From assembly GCF_009914755.1 (NCBI RefSeq), contig NC_060927.1: a stretch of DNA of 64,000 nucleotides; one strand, written 5' to 3'. This DNA comes from the human T2T-CHM13v2.0 reference genome, Homo sapiens. Position numbers and translations under genes: made by a program. The notes beneath the pieces were generated by a model. That model had not been told where the DNA came from. It was given only the letters and a program-made list of their open reading frames with translations, and did not search any database. Of the stretch, positions 12,801 to 25,211 are shown one piece after another. The number at the start of each line of letters is the position of its first letter. Positions within the stretch are counted from its first letter, which is position 1.

Positions 12801-14226
12801 ATTCTTCATTCTCATGCCGCCATCTGGTAAGAGAAAAAATTCCTTACTGCCAAAGGAACCCTCATTACTAATGGCCCCCTTATTTACCAACTCCTTCAGG
12901 CTGCACACCTCCCAACTGAAGCAGGAGTCATACACTGTCGAGGACAGTAAGCAGGTTCAGATGAAATCTCAAGAGGAAATAGGCTGATGAGCACCGAAAC
13001 AGGCCTCTCTTTCTCCTATCCCTGCCCCCATCCTCCTTGTCACCCCAGCAGTCCAACCCAGATACTCTCCCACCAAAAACTCTTCACTACTACAGCAAGG
13101 AGCCTCCCTTCAAGGGGACTGGATAATCAAAAACCAAAAGCTCATTCTTCCCCAAGAGCAAACCAAGGAAATTCCAACATCTCTTCACCAATCCTTCCAT
13201 ATCAGTGGGCGCCCCCTGTACCTACTCCTTCACCCTTATTTCTCCTCCCCCCATCTATTCACCTCACTAAAGGACATAACCTCAAACTGTCATATATGCT
13301 CTGTTACTTCCTCCCAAGGGGCCCTCCGCCCTCTCCTCATCCCTACACATCAGCTCAGAGGAACACTCCCAGGGGAGGACTGGCAAGTAGACTTCACCCA
13401 CATGCCTCCTGTCAAAAAAACTAAATATTTTCTTACTCTCATAGACACTTTTTCAGGTTGGGTAGAAGCATTTCCTACCCCTTCAGAAAAATCTCTCAAA
13501 TTCTCATAACAAAAATCATCCCTAGATTTGGTCTCCCTTGTTCCATACAATCAGATAATGGGCCTAGCTTCATCTCCCAAATTACCCAACAAGTCTCTCA
13601 ATCCCTTGGTGTTCAGTGGTGCCTCCATATCCCATACCAGCCCCAGTCATCTGGAAAAGTCCAAAGGGCAAATGGAATTCTCAAAACTCAGTTAACCAAA
13701 CTCACACTTGAGGTTAAAAAACCTTAGACCTCCATTTTACCCACAGCACTGGCTCATATCAGAGCCAGTCCAAAGGCCCCCTCCTTCCTCAGTCCATTCG
13801 ACTTAATGTATGGATGCCCTTTCCTCTTACAAAACAGACCCCCTCCTGAGTATCAATTAGAATACCTCCCAACACTCTCCCTCATCCATCATCTCCTCTG
13901 CGAACAAGCTGACCAGGCCCCCACAAAACCCCACCAAGGCACCACTGACCAAACACTCCTTCCAGGAGAATATGTCTTCCTAAAAACCAACAAGTCTCAT
14001 GCCAAAGTGCGAAATCCCTTTCCAAGTCCTTCTCGCTACCTCCACTGCAGCCAAACTTTGAGAACACAAGTCTTGGTACCATCTTTCCAGGTTAAAAAGA
14101 GCACCTGCAGCTGACCCATCACCAACTAACCAACCAGCTGTTCCCTGCAAATACTCCAGCACTCTTCTCAGACCAATTCGACTCCGCCTAATGCCCATGC
14201 CTGAAGACCCCACTCTTCCCTCATGA
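9825..14226 (+). pseudogene. pol: ERV pro-pol (PR, RT, RNase H, IN), multiply disrupted and interrupted by a solo LTR
   Basis: In frame after the gag TGA; PR LIDTRAT (DTGA degenerate) and ILGRDLL; RT LPQGF and YIDD (11685-11696); IN WQVDFTHMP and IQSDNGPSF. Confidence 0.92.
10274..11146 (-). mobile_element. HML/ERVK-type solo LTR (MER11D-like) nested in pro-pol
   Basis: Minus strand starts TGTAGGGAGACCCCCTGAAACTATTGC; ~873 bp; 6-bp TSD CTCTTC at 10268-10273 and 11147-11152; excision restores WDTTTSSIAAHHNPIKIQLKDP. Confidence 0.85.
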
Positions 14227-14472
14227 ACCATAGCAGATAAGTTATCACCCCTTACCATTAAGTATCCAAACCCTTATTAATGGAAATCATCCATTACGCT
14301 GCCCTTGCATGAATCACCCTACTTACTCTACTCTTTGCCATAGGAATATATACTGTCTTGCCTCCTGGGTGGAATTTCAGACAAAAAAACTCAATATTCG
14401 TAACCTCTTGCCTCATAATCCTCCTCATAGCAGGTATAATAGCCACCACCAACAGATAGTGGCCCCTCCTAA

Positions 14473-15324
14473 ATGTCCTGTCTTTGCCCATCCTGGCATT
14501 TCACACTCTTCCTTCACTGCATCACAGAAAACCTTTCATGGTCCTACCCAGAACATCCCACCCTCACAGCATTCCTTGATTGGATCACCAATCTTATATT
14601 TCAAGGGGATTTACAGGAATTCACTCCAGATGAAGCCGAATTCTTTACCTTTACACTTGCTCTCTGTCTATTTACTCCTTCTTCCCTCCTCCTTCTCGCT
14701 ACCGCTCCACCTACAGCGCACCATTCCACAGGCACATATGATACTCAGTCAAACTAACCCCTCCCTGGCCAAGGCCTGCTGGTACACCCCTCAGAAACCG
14801 TATCAAAAGATGTCTTCCCAGCTCCCCTCAAAGACTGGGTTCTCAGCAATATGACCCTCCACCCCCGCTACCAAAGTTTTGGAGAAGTAAATGCACTCAA
14901 AAGTTACAAACTCAATCTTACCACACATACTGCAGAACACAAGGTTATCTTAGGAACACTTACCCCAGACTCAGAACTCAGTCAACCAGCATCCCTATGC
15001 ATAAAGCGTGAACTTTCCAAAGGAGTGCCCCTAGGCACCCTCTCCTCTAGCTTATGCAACTGTACCCTAACACTCACTCCCCCGACAGGCATCCAAACAA
15101 TAACAGAAAAAAACCCCACACAAACTCTCAAAATCTCCAACCCCCGTCAGACCCAAGTCACGGGAGAAACATCAGGATTCTGCAATAACTGACACAGGCC
15201 CTGCATAGAAATCGCAGGGTGGAACACTTGCCTAAACCCCGTCCCCACTTCCCAATGCATGGAAATCCCACTGCCTAACACACCCTCAAACAAACTACTT
15301 ATTGACACAAAACGCTTCTTATGG
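14473..15324 (+). pseudogene. env: ERV env 5' remnant (leader plus N-terminal SU), frameshifted and truncated
   Basis: Hydrophobic signal-like FTFTLALCLFTPSSLLLLA; LSQTNPSLAKACW resembles the HERV-H SU motif NQSNPSLANDCW; no TM region present. Confidence 0.7.
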
Positions 15325-15364
15325 ACTCAGCCTGGGTGACAGAGGAAGATTCTGTATCAAAAAA
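15325..15364 (+). mobile_element. Alu 3'-terminal fragment fused to env
   Basis: ACTCAGCCTGGGTGACAGAGGAAGATTCTGTATCAAAAAA. Confidence 0.8.
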
Positions 15365-15420
15365 TATATATATATACACACACACATATATGTATATATA
15401 TGTGTGTGTGTATATATATA
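15365..15420. repeat. (TA)n/(CA)n/(TG)n compound microsatellite, palindromic
   Basis: 15367-15390 is the exact reverse complement of 15397-15420. Confidence 0.9.
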
Positions 15421-15539
15421 ATTTGTTTTTTCCATGATAAGCTATTTTAAAACAAAGATTCTGAATTCTGTATGTTTTCTATGGATAATTTTGTTAGAGT
15501 TAAAGAATTTGTTCCCGAGTTATTACTCAATACATGCTG

Positions 15540-15813
15540 TTTATTGGAATACAGATAACAGCATGATCATTGACAAACTTTGCCCTAGTTTCCTATTACT
15601 CATTAAACCTTGAAGTTGCACTTAACATGACTGTATCTGGATAACAGATAAAATTTTGGCCTTATTATGCCAACCCTTAAACTAAGTGAGCAACTCTGTT
15701 TTCAAAGCTTTTGGGTGGAGCTGAAGCACACTGCTTATTAAAGTACACTATTCAGGCATATCATGTAGGTTTACTTTCTGTGTTTCTAGAGACCAAGAAG
15801 CGGGACGTTCACC
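15540..15813 (+). promoter_or_regulatory. AADAC: AADAC proximal promoter / 5' UTR
   Basis: TATA-like TATTAAA at 15736-15742; HNF4-like AGGGCAAAGTTTG (minus strand, 15574-15586); several GATA motifs; Kozak ACCATGG. Motif function is inferred only. Confidence 0.5.
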
Positions 15814-15951
15814 ATGGGAAGAAAATCGCTGTACCTTCTGATTGTGGGGATCCTCATAGCATATTATATTTATACGCCTCTCCCAGATAACGTTGAGGAG
15901 CCATGGAGAATGATGTGGATAAACGCACATCTGAAAACTATACAAAATTTG
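15814..15951 (+). CDS. AADAC: Arylacetamide deacetylase exon 1 (aa 1-46, N-terminal signal-anchor)
   Basis: [31 protein letters not shown]; GTAAGT donor at 15952. Confidence 0.98.
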
Positions 15952-18252
15952 GTAAGTTTGGAATTTTATGAATTCAGATGTGCATACACCACCATTTGAC
16001 CCAGAGAATTAAGTTTTTCAAGATTCTATTCTTTTGATTTATTGACTTATTCATCTTTTAAAATAACTGCTGTGGCCTTTGACAATGTATTATTTAGAAA
16101 TGTTGTTTGTTTTCTGTCTTATGTATTGGAATCATGTTAAAAAAATATCAAGAACAGCAAGCAAGGAGTCATTTGAATAGGTTTTGCTAAAAAGTACTTT
16201 GTTTAGGTAGCTTTAATATCACGATAGTGGCTCTCCTTTGAAATTCTTATCTTAGGTATGGTTTGTTCCTTAAATTTTATACTCAAATTAGAGATCATCT
16301 GATTATGCAGCACTGTGTTAGTTACAGATTTTTATGCACTTATCTTTGGGATTCAGAATATAGACTAAGGACACGTAAATAAGTTCTCAAGAAAAGATTC
16401 AATGGGCAGGCTGGTTGGCACATGCCTAGGGTTAACCACGAGACGGCACAATATGCACAAATGAGAGGGGGAGGGAGACCTGGGTGTCCTGGCAACTGGG
16501 CAGCTTGGATGCTGGCAAATTAAAAAGGTGTAGCTCTCTCTGGATCCTTGATGATATTTTACTATTACTTCTTTGGTTATTTTATTATCTTCATTAAAAC
16601 AAATCTCTTTTCAGAACTTAAACCAAATAAATGTTGTAACTCCTGGATTAATCTTTTATTTTGCATTGATTCAACAATTCAACTGTCTCAAATCCTATTA
16701 GGCAAACAAGTAGTCTATCCCCACACAGTTGACATTCTAGTGGTGGAGAAAAAAATAAATTAGAATTAAATGAATAAATGATTTTAGTTCATGAGAAGTA
16801 CCTTTAAGGAGGTAAGATGGAAGAAAAGAGAGTAATTTGGGCAGAAGGCAAGAGTGGGCTACTGTATGCATGGTGAGAAAAAGCCATTCTGAAGAGGAAA
16901 CAGCTACTTAGGGACCAGAAGAATGAAAAGAAACCAACCATTCTAAGTGCTAAGAAAAATGTTTTCCAGCAGAGACACCAACAAGTAAAAACACCCCAGC
17001 TACAGAATATTGACAAGTCCAAGAAATCATATGAAACATTTGGGTTTAATGGGGAAATTGTTGCAATTAGTTTGGAGAGGTTAGAAGCCATATCATACAG
17101 TGCTTTGTGGGCACTGGTAGTAAGTTTTGATTTAATTCTGTATGTGATGCAGAGCTATTAAAGAGCTTTAAGAAAGGGACACATTTTTTTCCCTCATATT
17201 TGCTGTCTGTGCTACAATATGTGAGAGGTCTTTGATTTTTTTCTTGGAGTCTTTATATTAATTTTTATTTATTTAAGCAATTATATATATATTCTTCTCT
17301 GGTAGCCTTTTAATTAATTCATTCATTCATTTACTTACATTCTGTCCACAATTTATGAAAGTAATGTATTTTCAGAGCTCTCAGTCGATATACCTTTTAA
17401 AAGTTGTTTTAATGCCCTTTCTTATTCCTGAATTATCTGCTTGTTTGTTTGCTTGCTTTTTTGTGATCGTTTATGCTCCTGGTTTGTCCCTTTTTTCCTG
17501 ATTAGTTTTGCTGGCTTCTCTGAAATGTCTGGCAATCTTTGAGTGTTCATACCCTTTATTAAAGGATTATGTTATGAACATTACATCAAGAATCAAACTA
17601 CTGGATTGAGAATCCTGGTAAATATCATTTACTAGTTGTGTAGGCATGGACGACATATTTAACCTTCCTGGGCTCACTTTCCTCATATCTGACATGGATA
17701 AGAAAATGTTATCTTCCTCCCATATAAGCAAGTTGTTAATATTACTGAGATGACTACAATAGAGTGCTCAGAACACTGACTCATTCTACAGTGAAAGGAT
17801 GGGCTGCAGGCAGGCAAGCTGCCCTCCCTTTTTCTCCCACTCACTCCTTCCCTCCCAACCCTGACTCCCAGCTCCCATGTGCAACCAGCTCCATAGCCAC
17901 ACCTCACTGCACCTCCCTATTTCTAAACTAAACCAGTTCCTCGACCTGCCAGGGTTTTTCCTTTTCTTATTTGGTTAGCAAAAGACTTAGGAAAAGGTAT
18001 TTATTTCAAGCCTCAGACAAAATTGCTTTTCCAGTTTCTACTCCCAAGTAGCTTTTTGTAATCACCTGCTGTTCGCTCCCGAAGTACTTTGTACAGAGCT
18101 CTGTAATAGTATTTACATTGTTTTGTAACCATTTATTTGTCTTTCACACTTAACTCTGAGATTCTTGAGAAGAGCATTTGTCTGGTTCATCTCTGAAACC
18201 GTAAAGCTTGGTAGAGAGCCTGACACATTTTAGTGACATAGGAACTAAATTA

Positions 18253-18811
18253 GTAGCAGGGGTCACAATAAAACTTCATCTTTGCCCTCTGAAAGTTGCT
18301 GAAAGTCAACTGACAGGTCTGGTTAATAGAAGAAAAAGGCATATACATTTTTAGCATACATAATAGACTTACAAAATATAAAATCTCAAAGAAATGGCCA
18401 GATGGTTGACACTTTTTTTTTACTATCTTGAGGTTACAGAAAGAATGGTGGATTGGCCAAAAAATGATATGGTGGCAAGACAGGTTATGGGAAGGAGAGA
18501 AGAGGAGACATGGTTAGCAAAAGTGGTCTTGTTATATAGATGGATCCTCACAGGTAGCAGCCCTCAGAGAGAACAGATGGTAAAAATTTCTTTCAGACTT
18601 TTAAAGGTGTCAGATTCTCAGTTGATTTTTCCTAGATCTGGACAAATGAAGGCTCTCAGAAGCCATCAATGCAGATTTTCTCTACAGATGCAAATCACCT
18701 CCACAAAAGAAAAGCTTTCCAGCTAATCTTGTATTTCCAGCCCTTCTGAAAAGCTACCTTGCATTATGTCAAGGAGATATATTTTGGGATGAAATATTTT
18801 TATTTCCTTCA
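18253..18811 (-). mobile_element. MER4-group LTR (MER34/MER39-like)
   Basis: Minus strand starts TGAAGGAAATAAAAATATTTCATCCCAAAATATATCTCCTTGACATA; left boundary approximate. Confidence 0.65.
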
Positions 18812-19016
18812 CAGTGTATTCCCTCTTTTTTAAGAACCACCCTAGGCATAACCTTTGCATTTCTGGTTTCTTTTAAAAGGACCAAGCAGGATTCATGCAT
18901 GAAAATTTAGTTCATTCCATTTGAGTTTATTAAGGGTTAATGTCTACCTATAAGTCCATAGATCTCTTTGCCATTTGATACTTGAATTTCAGGAGGTTTG
19001 TGAATTTCATTTTTAG

Positions 19017-19239
19017 GCTACATTTGTGGAGCTCCTGGGACTTCACCATTTTATGGATTCCTTTAAGGTTGTCGGGAGCTTTGATGAAGTCCCACCAACC
19101 TCAGATGAAAATGTCACTGTGACTGAGACAAAATTCAACAACATTCTTGTTCGGGTATATGTGCCAAAGAGAAAGTCTGAAGCACTAAGAAGGGGGTTGT
19201 TTTACATCCATGGTGGAGGCTGGTGCGTGGGAAGTGCTG
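19017..19239 (+). CDS. AADAC: AADAC exon 2 (HGGG oxyanion motif)
   Basis: TTTTAG acceptor; ATFVELLG...[13 protein letters not shown]; GTAAGT donor; 223 nt. Confidence 0.98.
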
Positions 19240-19621
19240 GTAAGTGAATGCTTTGAAAAATCTCTGTCACTGAGGTAGTTCGCAAACATTTTACTAAGTC
19301 TTCAGTAGGTACACATGCCCTTCGGCATGGACATTACTGCCTCTTTTATCTTCTCGTGCTTTGTTCTGGCAAAGTTTTACTTTTCCCTGAAGCTTTATAT
19401 CACTCTTTTCCACATATGCATTTCCTCATCAACCCAGGTAGAGGTGAGAAGAAACTTTTTTTTTCTATTTATCACAATTACTCTAAGAAAGCCTTGTTAT
19501 TTCTATCATTCTCCACTTGATATTACAGAATCATTTAATGTTTTCATCCATTTACTCATATTTACTATATGTCTGGTAATATTTTTATATCTTTGAATAT
19601 ATTTTTGAATTGACAAAATTT

Positions 19622-19944
<323 letters not shown>

Positions 19945-20029
19945 CTAATGGAGACAATCTTTAATCGATAAATAAGTAAATAATACAGTGTGTTTTAAAG
20001 TGATAAATGTAGGAAATAATAGGCCAGAA

Positions 20030-20410
20030 TGTTAGAAGAAAAACCTTAGACAAATTAAATTTAACAGAGTTTAATTGAGCAAAGAACTACTTGTGGATCA
20101 GGCACCCTCCTGAACTAGAATAGGTTCAGAGAGTCACCAGCGCTGCCTCCTGGTCGAAGAAGAGTTATAGGTAGAAAAAGGAAAGTGACATTCAGAAAAC
20201 AGAAGTGAGGCACAGAAATAGGCGGATTGGTTACAGCTCAGCGTTTGCCTTATTTGAAACTGGTTCCACAAGTTGGTTACCTTTGGCTGAAACTCAGTGA
20301 TTGGGACAAGAGTAGGTTACACATCCAATTAAGTTACAACTCACTGTGTATCAAGAAACCTTTAAAATATGCAAAGAGGCAGCTTTAGGCTAAACTTAGT
20401 TTATTTGGCA
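20030..20410. mobile_element. MER4-group solo LTR (MER57-like)
   Basis: TGTTAGAAGAAAAACCTTAGACAAATTAAATTTAACAGAG...GCAGCTTTAGGCTAAAC..CA. Confidence 0.6.
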
Positions 20411-22033
20411 AGAGTAATCAAGATTGGGTGTGAAGGTTGTATATTTCTTGATGTATAGAATTACAGCAGAAAGACAAAAACATTTAGAAGTGGAAGCACT
20501 GGGATAAAAGTCCCAATTATGTGAGAAAATCACCTAACCCACCTGAGTCCTAGGGCTCTTGAGATTCATCTGTTTACCTCCAATGAATACAGTATAGATT
20601 AACTGGAGGAGTGAAGATTGGACTGGACCTACTAAGTTAAGAACTCTGAACTCTAGAGAGGAAGAATAAATTAGTCCTGAAAAGAAAAGGTTACAGGCTT
20701 GAAATTAAGCAAATTTGTCCATTGATGTGGGAAGTTAGAGGAGAAAAAGACAGAAGATTAAAAAAATAGAGAGATCTGAATGAGTGCCTCATTTCTGACA
20801 GGATGACTGGGAGGGTGAGAACAGATTTCTGGGGAATGCAAACAAAATTGTTGGGTGAAGGAATAAGCAGACAGCAAAGCACTGAGGTGGTCAAAAATGT
20901 CAGAAAATGAAAAGAAAGCCGAAGAAGGTGAGAACCTCAAGAAAGAGGAAATAATAGAAGTCCTGCATCGTGTAGAGATGTCAAGTAAGTAGGATGGAAG
21001 TATGTCTCTTGGATGTTGAACTTTCTATGTTAATATTGTTGGGGAGAGACTTGCTGACATGATGGGATATTCACAGAGAAACACATTACAGCAAGCAAAA
21101 AGTGAGAGGGAAGAAAATAAAATGGTTAGAATAATTGCTGGCCTTAAAAGGACTTAGTTGTGAAATAAATAAGCAAGAAAATTATAGATTGAAATGAGAG
21201 TTAAGTAGGAGCATTTTCTTTTATTTTTATGCAGGAGAAATATAAACAAGTTGGTAGACTGAAATAAATGAAGGCAATAAGTAGAAATATGTTAGCCAAG
21301 TAATGGGCTGGGAGTGTTGACTGATAGATACACATCCCAGAGGAAATGAAAGGGAAGAAGATTTAGAGCACTAGTAAAATAATTGGATATAGATAGGAAG
21401 GTTGGAAATGGAAAAAAAGAGCATTACGTCTTCCTCTTAGACAAGAGAAAGAGGCGAAGAGAGGCCTCAGCTAGATACATTCTTAAAGTAGTAGTACAGA
21501 TGCAAGCAGTAAGTTCCAGTGTTTGTTTAAGGGGACCTAGTTCTATTCCACTTATATTCAGGTGCCTTTTCTATTGTCCCATGCAGACTTAGGTGATCCT
21601 TCTATATTGCAACAATTCTGTCTATATCTCCTTGGCTCACATATCTGACAACGTATTGATCAAGTTAGCGACTTGTCTTTTTATCTTTGTATACCCATCA
21701 TCTAAAACAGAGCCAAATCAGTACCTCCTTCCAGTATACACAGTTGGGTTAATCTAGAGAATGAGTCTGACACAGAAGGATCAAAGGCAAAATGTGCAAG
21801 ACAAAAGATAAAAGGGAGGAAGAGCATTAGGAGGTTCACTGGGAAACTTGAATTCCACTGAGTCATGAATGGATGGCTTCTTATAAATACAGTGTTAAAT
21901 TCGTCTCTCGTATTTTAAGGTAAAATAGAACTGCCAGAACGTGAAAGAAGTGCAGCAGGATTTTTGTGAAGGAAACAGCCTTGTCTTCATTTGTCTGTTT
22001 TACTAATATGTTGCTTTTATCCTTTTATTTCAG

Positions 22034-22103
22034 CTCTAAGTGGTTATGACTTGCTGTCAAGATGGACAGCAGACAGACTTGATGCTGTCGTCGTATCAAC
22101 CAA
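22034..22103 (+). CDS. AADAC: AADAC exon 3
   Basis: TTTCAG acceptor; [22 protein letters not shown]; GTAAG donor; 70 nt keeps the frame. Confidence 0.97.
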
Positions 22104-22143
22104 GTAAGAGCTGTGCTGTTTGGTTTCCTGGCCAGATGTCTGA

Positions 22144-22649
<506 letters not shown>

Positions 22650-23585
22650 GATTCTCTCAGCTTTCTCAGCCAATGCATGATTATGCCAAAAATAAATGTT
22701 TCTCAGATGACACTAAGTAGGCAATTGCAAGTGAGTGCTAGGCTTAACCTGATTAGAGTTGAGAAAAAAAAATCTGTATATGTGTGTACACGTGTTATTT
22801 CGGCAAAAAGAAACAGCAAAAAGTAAAAATTTTTTTCACATAAATTCAAACTGTATCATTTATGGATATAATTACCTGGACGGTATTTCCTTTCAACCCT
22901 TAATTCCCAGTCTTTAAAAATGAGTGCCCTGGAGTCACAGGATCATCTATAAAAGTGCATCATAAATAATTTCCATCTCAGATGGTCACTGTGAAGAGTA
23001 AGTGATAACATCCTTGAAACAAAGTCCAGCGTATATAGCACTTGGTGAGCCTAAAATGTAGGCTATATAATTTTAAATATTTAAAATATAGCGTATAGTT
23101 TAGGCTCAACAAGTGTTATACACTGCGCTAAGTATATTAAAAATGTATTATCAAATTAAACAAAATAGATGAGTTCATATAAAATTATGTTAGATAAATA
23201 ATCCACTTATGGAAAGAGCACTTAGGGACAGTAAAATTAGGGGCGGATTGCTGGGTAGACTCATGCCAGAGCAGTATATATTTAAATTGAAATTTCAGAA
23301 AGTAAATGAACAGTTAAAAAAATAACATACTCATCACCATTTGTCAAGTTAAATCATTATTATAAAGTTGGGACATAATCTTGATCAATATTTGGTTGTA
23401 TGTGATCACTCATAAATATAGTGGCTAGAATAATATTTTGTAAAATGCAATTAGAAAATCCAAGCTTATGCTGTTTTGCATTCCAACTTTATACTTAAAG
23501 AGAATTTTCTTAAACATGGCAAGTCAAATTATAGTATAAAACCGACATCTGTGTTTAATTCATTGCAATGACTAATAAATCACTA

Positions 23586-23897
23586 GTACATGAAAGATAA
23601 AATATACTTTAAAATATTTATGCAAATATATGCCTTGCCTTCAAATATTCTCATTTTATTTATATTAAAGATGAAGAACTCCAGTATTCAAAGATAGATA
23701 ATTTTGGTTATATTTAAATTAAAATGGCCAATAAGCATCTTTCATGTACTTGAAAGATAAAATATACTTTAAAATATTTATGCAAATATATGCTTTGCCT
23801 TCAAATAATCTCATTTTATTTATATTAAAGATGAAGAACTCCAATATTAAAAGATAGATAATTTTGGTTATATTTAAATTAAAATGACCAATAAGCA
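23586..23897. repeat. Tandem duplication, period 160 bp
   Basis: 23586-23737 versus 23746-23897, about 6 mismatches. Confidence 0.95.
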
Positions 23898-24757
23898 CAT
23901 GAAAAGATGCTCAATATCATTAGTCATTAGAGAAATGCAAATCAAAACCACAATGAAATACCACTTCACACCCACTAGGATGGGTATAATATATATATTT
24001 AAAAAGATAATAACAAGCGTTAGTGGGGACATGGAAAAATCAGAATCCTCTATACTGCTGGTGGGAATAAACACTTCGGCAGCTCCTTAAAAGTTCAAAC
24101 AGAGTTACCATATTGACCCAGTATTTCCATTTCTAGGTGTATACACAAGAGAAATGAAAACATGCCCATATAAAAACTTGTATGTTCACAGAAGCAGTAT
24201 TCATAAACCTTAAAAGTGGAAGCAACCCAATGTTCATTAACTGATAAATGGATGAATAAAATGTGGTATATCTATACAATTGAATATTTGAAATTCAATT
24301 GAATATTTAAATAAAATGTGGCATATCTATACACATATTCAGTTGTGTAAATATACCACATTTTATTCATCCATTTATCAGTTAATTATTCATTTGTTAA
24401 TAAAAGGACCACTACAGTATGGACAAATTTTGAAAATATTATGCTAGATGAAACAAGCCAGTCATAAATGGAAAGTTTTGTGATTCCATTTATATAAAAT
24501 GTCCAAAATAGGGCAAATGCATAGAGATAGAATGTAGATTAATGGTTGCCTATGATTGGGTTTGGAGGATGGGGAGAAATGAGAAGTGACTACTAATGGG
24601 TATAGGATTTCCTTTTGGCATGAGGAAAATCTTCCAAAATTGATTGTGGCAATGGTTGCACAACTCTGAATATATTGAAAATCACTGAATTGCATACTTA
24701 TAATGTGTTAATTTTATGGGTTATGAATATCTCGGTAAAATGGTTATATTAAAAATT
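23883..24757 (+). mobile_element. Old L1 (L1MB/ME-like) ORF2 end and 3' UTR
   Basis: [28 protein letters not shown] is the L1 ORF2 C-terminus. Confidence 0.85.
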
Positions 24758-24829
24758 AAGGGCATACTTTTAATGTGTTAATTTTATAGGTTATGAATAT
24801 CTCAGTAAAATGGTTATATTAAAAATTCA

Positions 24830-25211
<382 letters not shown>

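Larger units (their letters stand above)
7394..15324 (+). mobile_element. HERV-F/H supergroup provirus (tRNA-Phe primed; candidate MER48/HERVH48 = HERV-Fb, subfamily unverified), 3'-truncated in env, no 3' LTR
   Basis: LTR, PBS-Phe, gag, pro, RT, RNase H, IN and env remnants in canonical order; C-rich plus strand typical of HERV-H/F. Confidence 0.9.

Noticed and set aside
18991-19016. Alternative upstream acceptor for AADAC exon 2 (TTTCAG at 18987-18992)
   Set aside because: The 24-nt extension ends in an in-frame TAG, so it cannot give a longer protein
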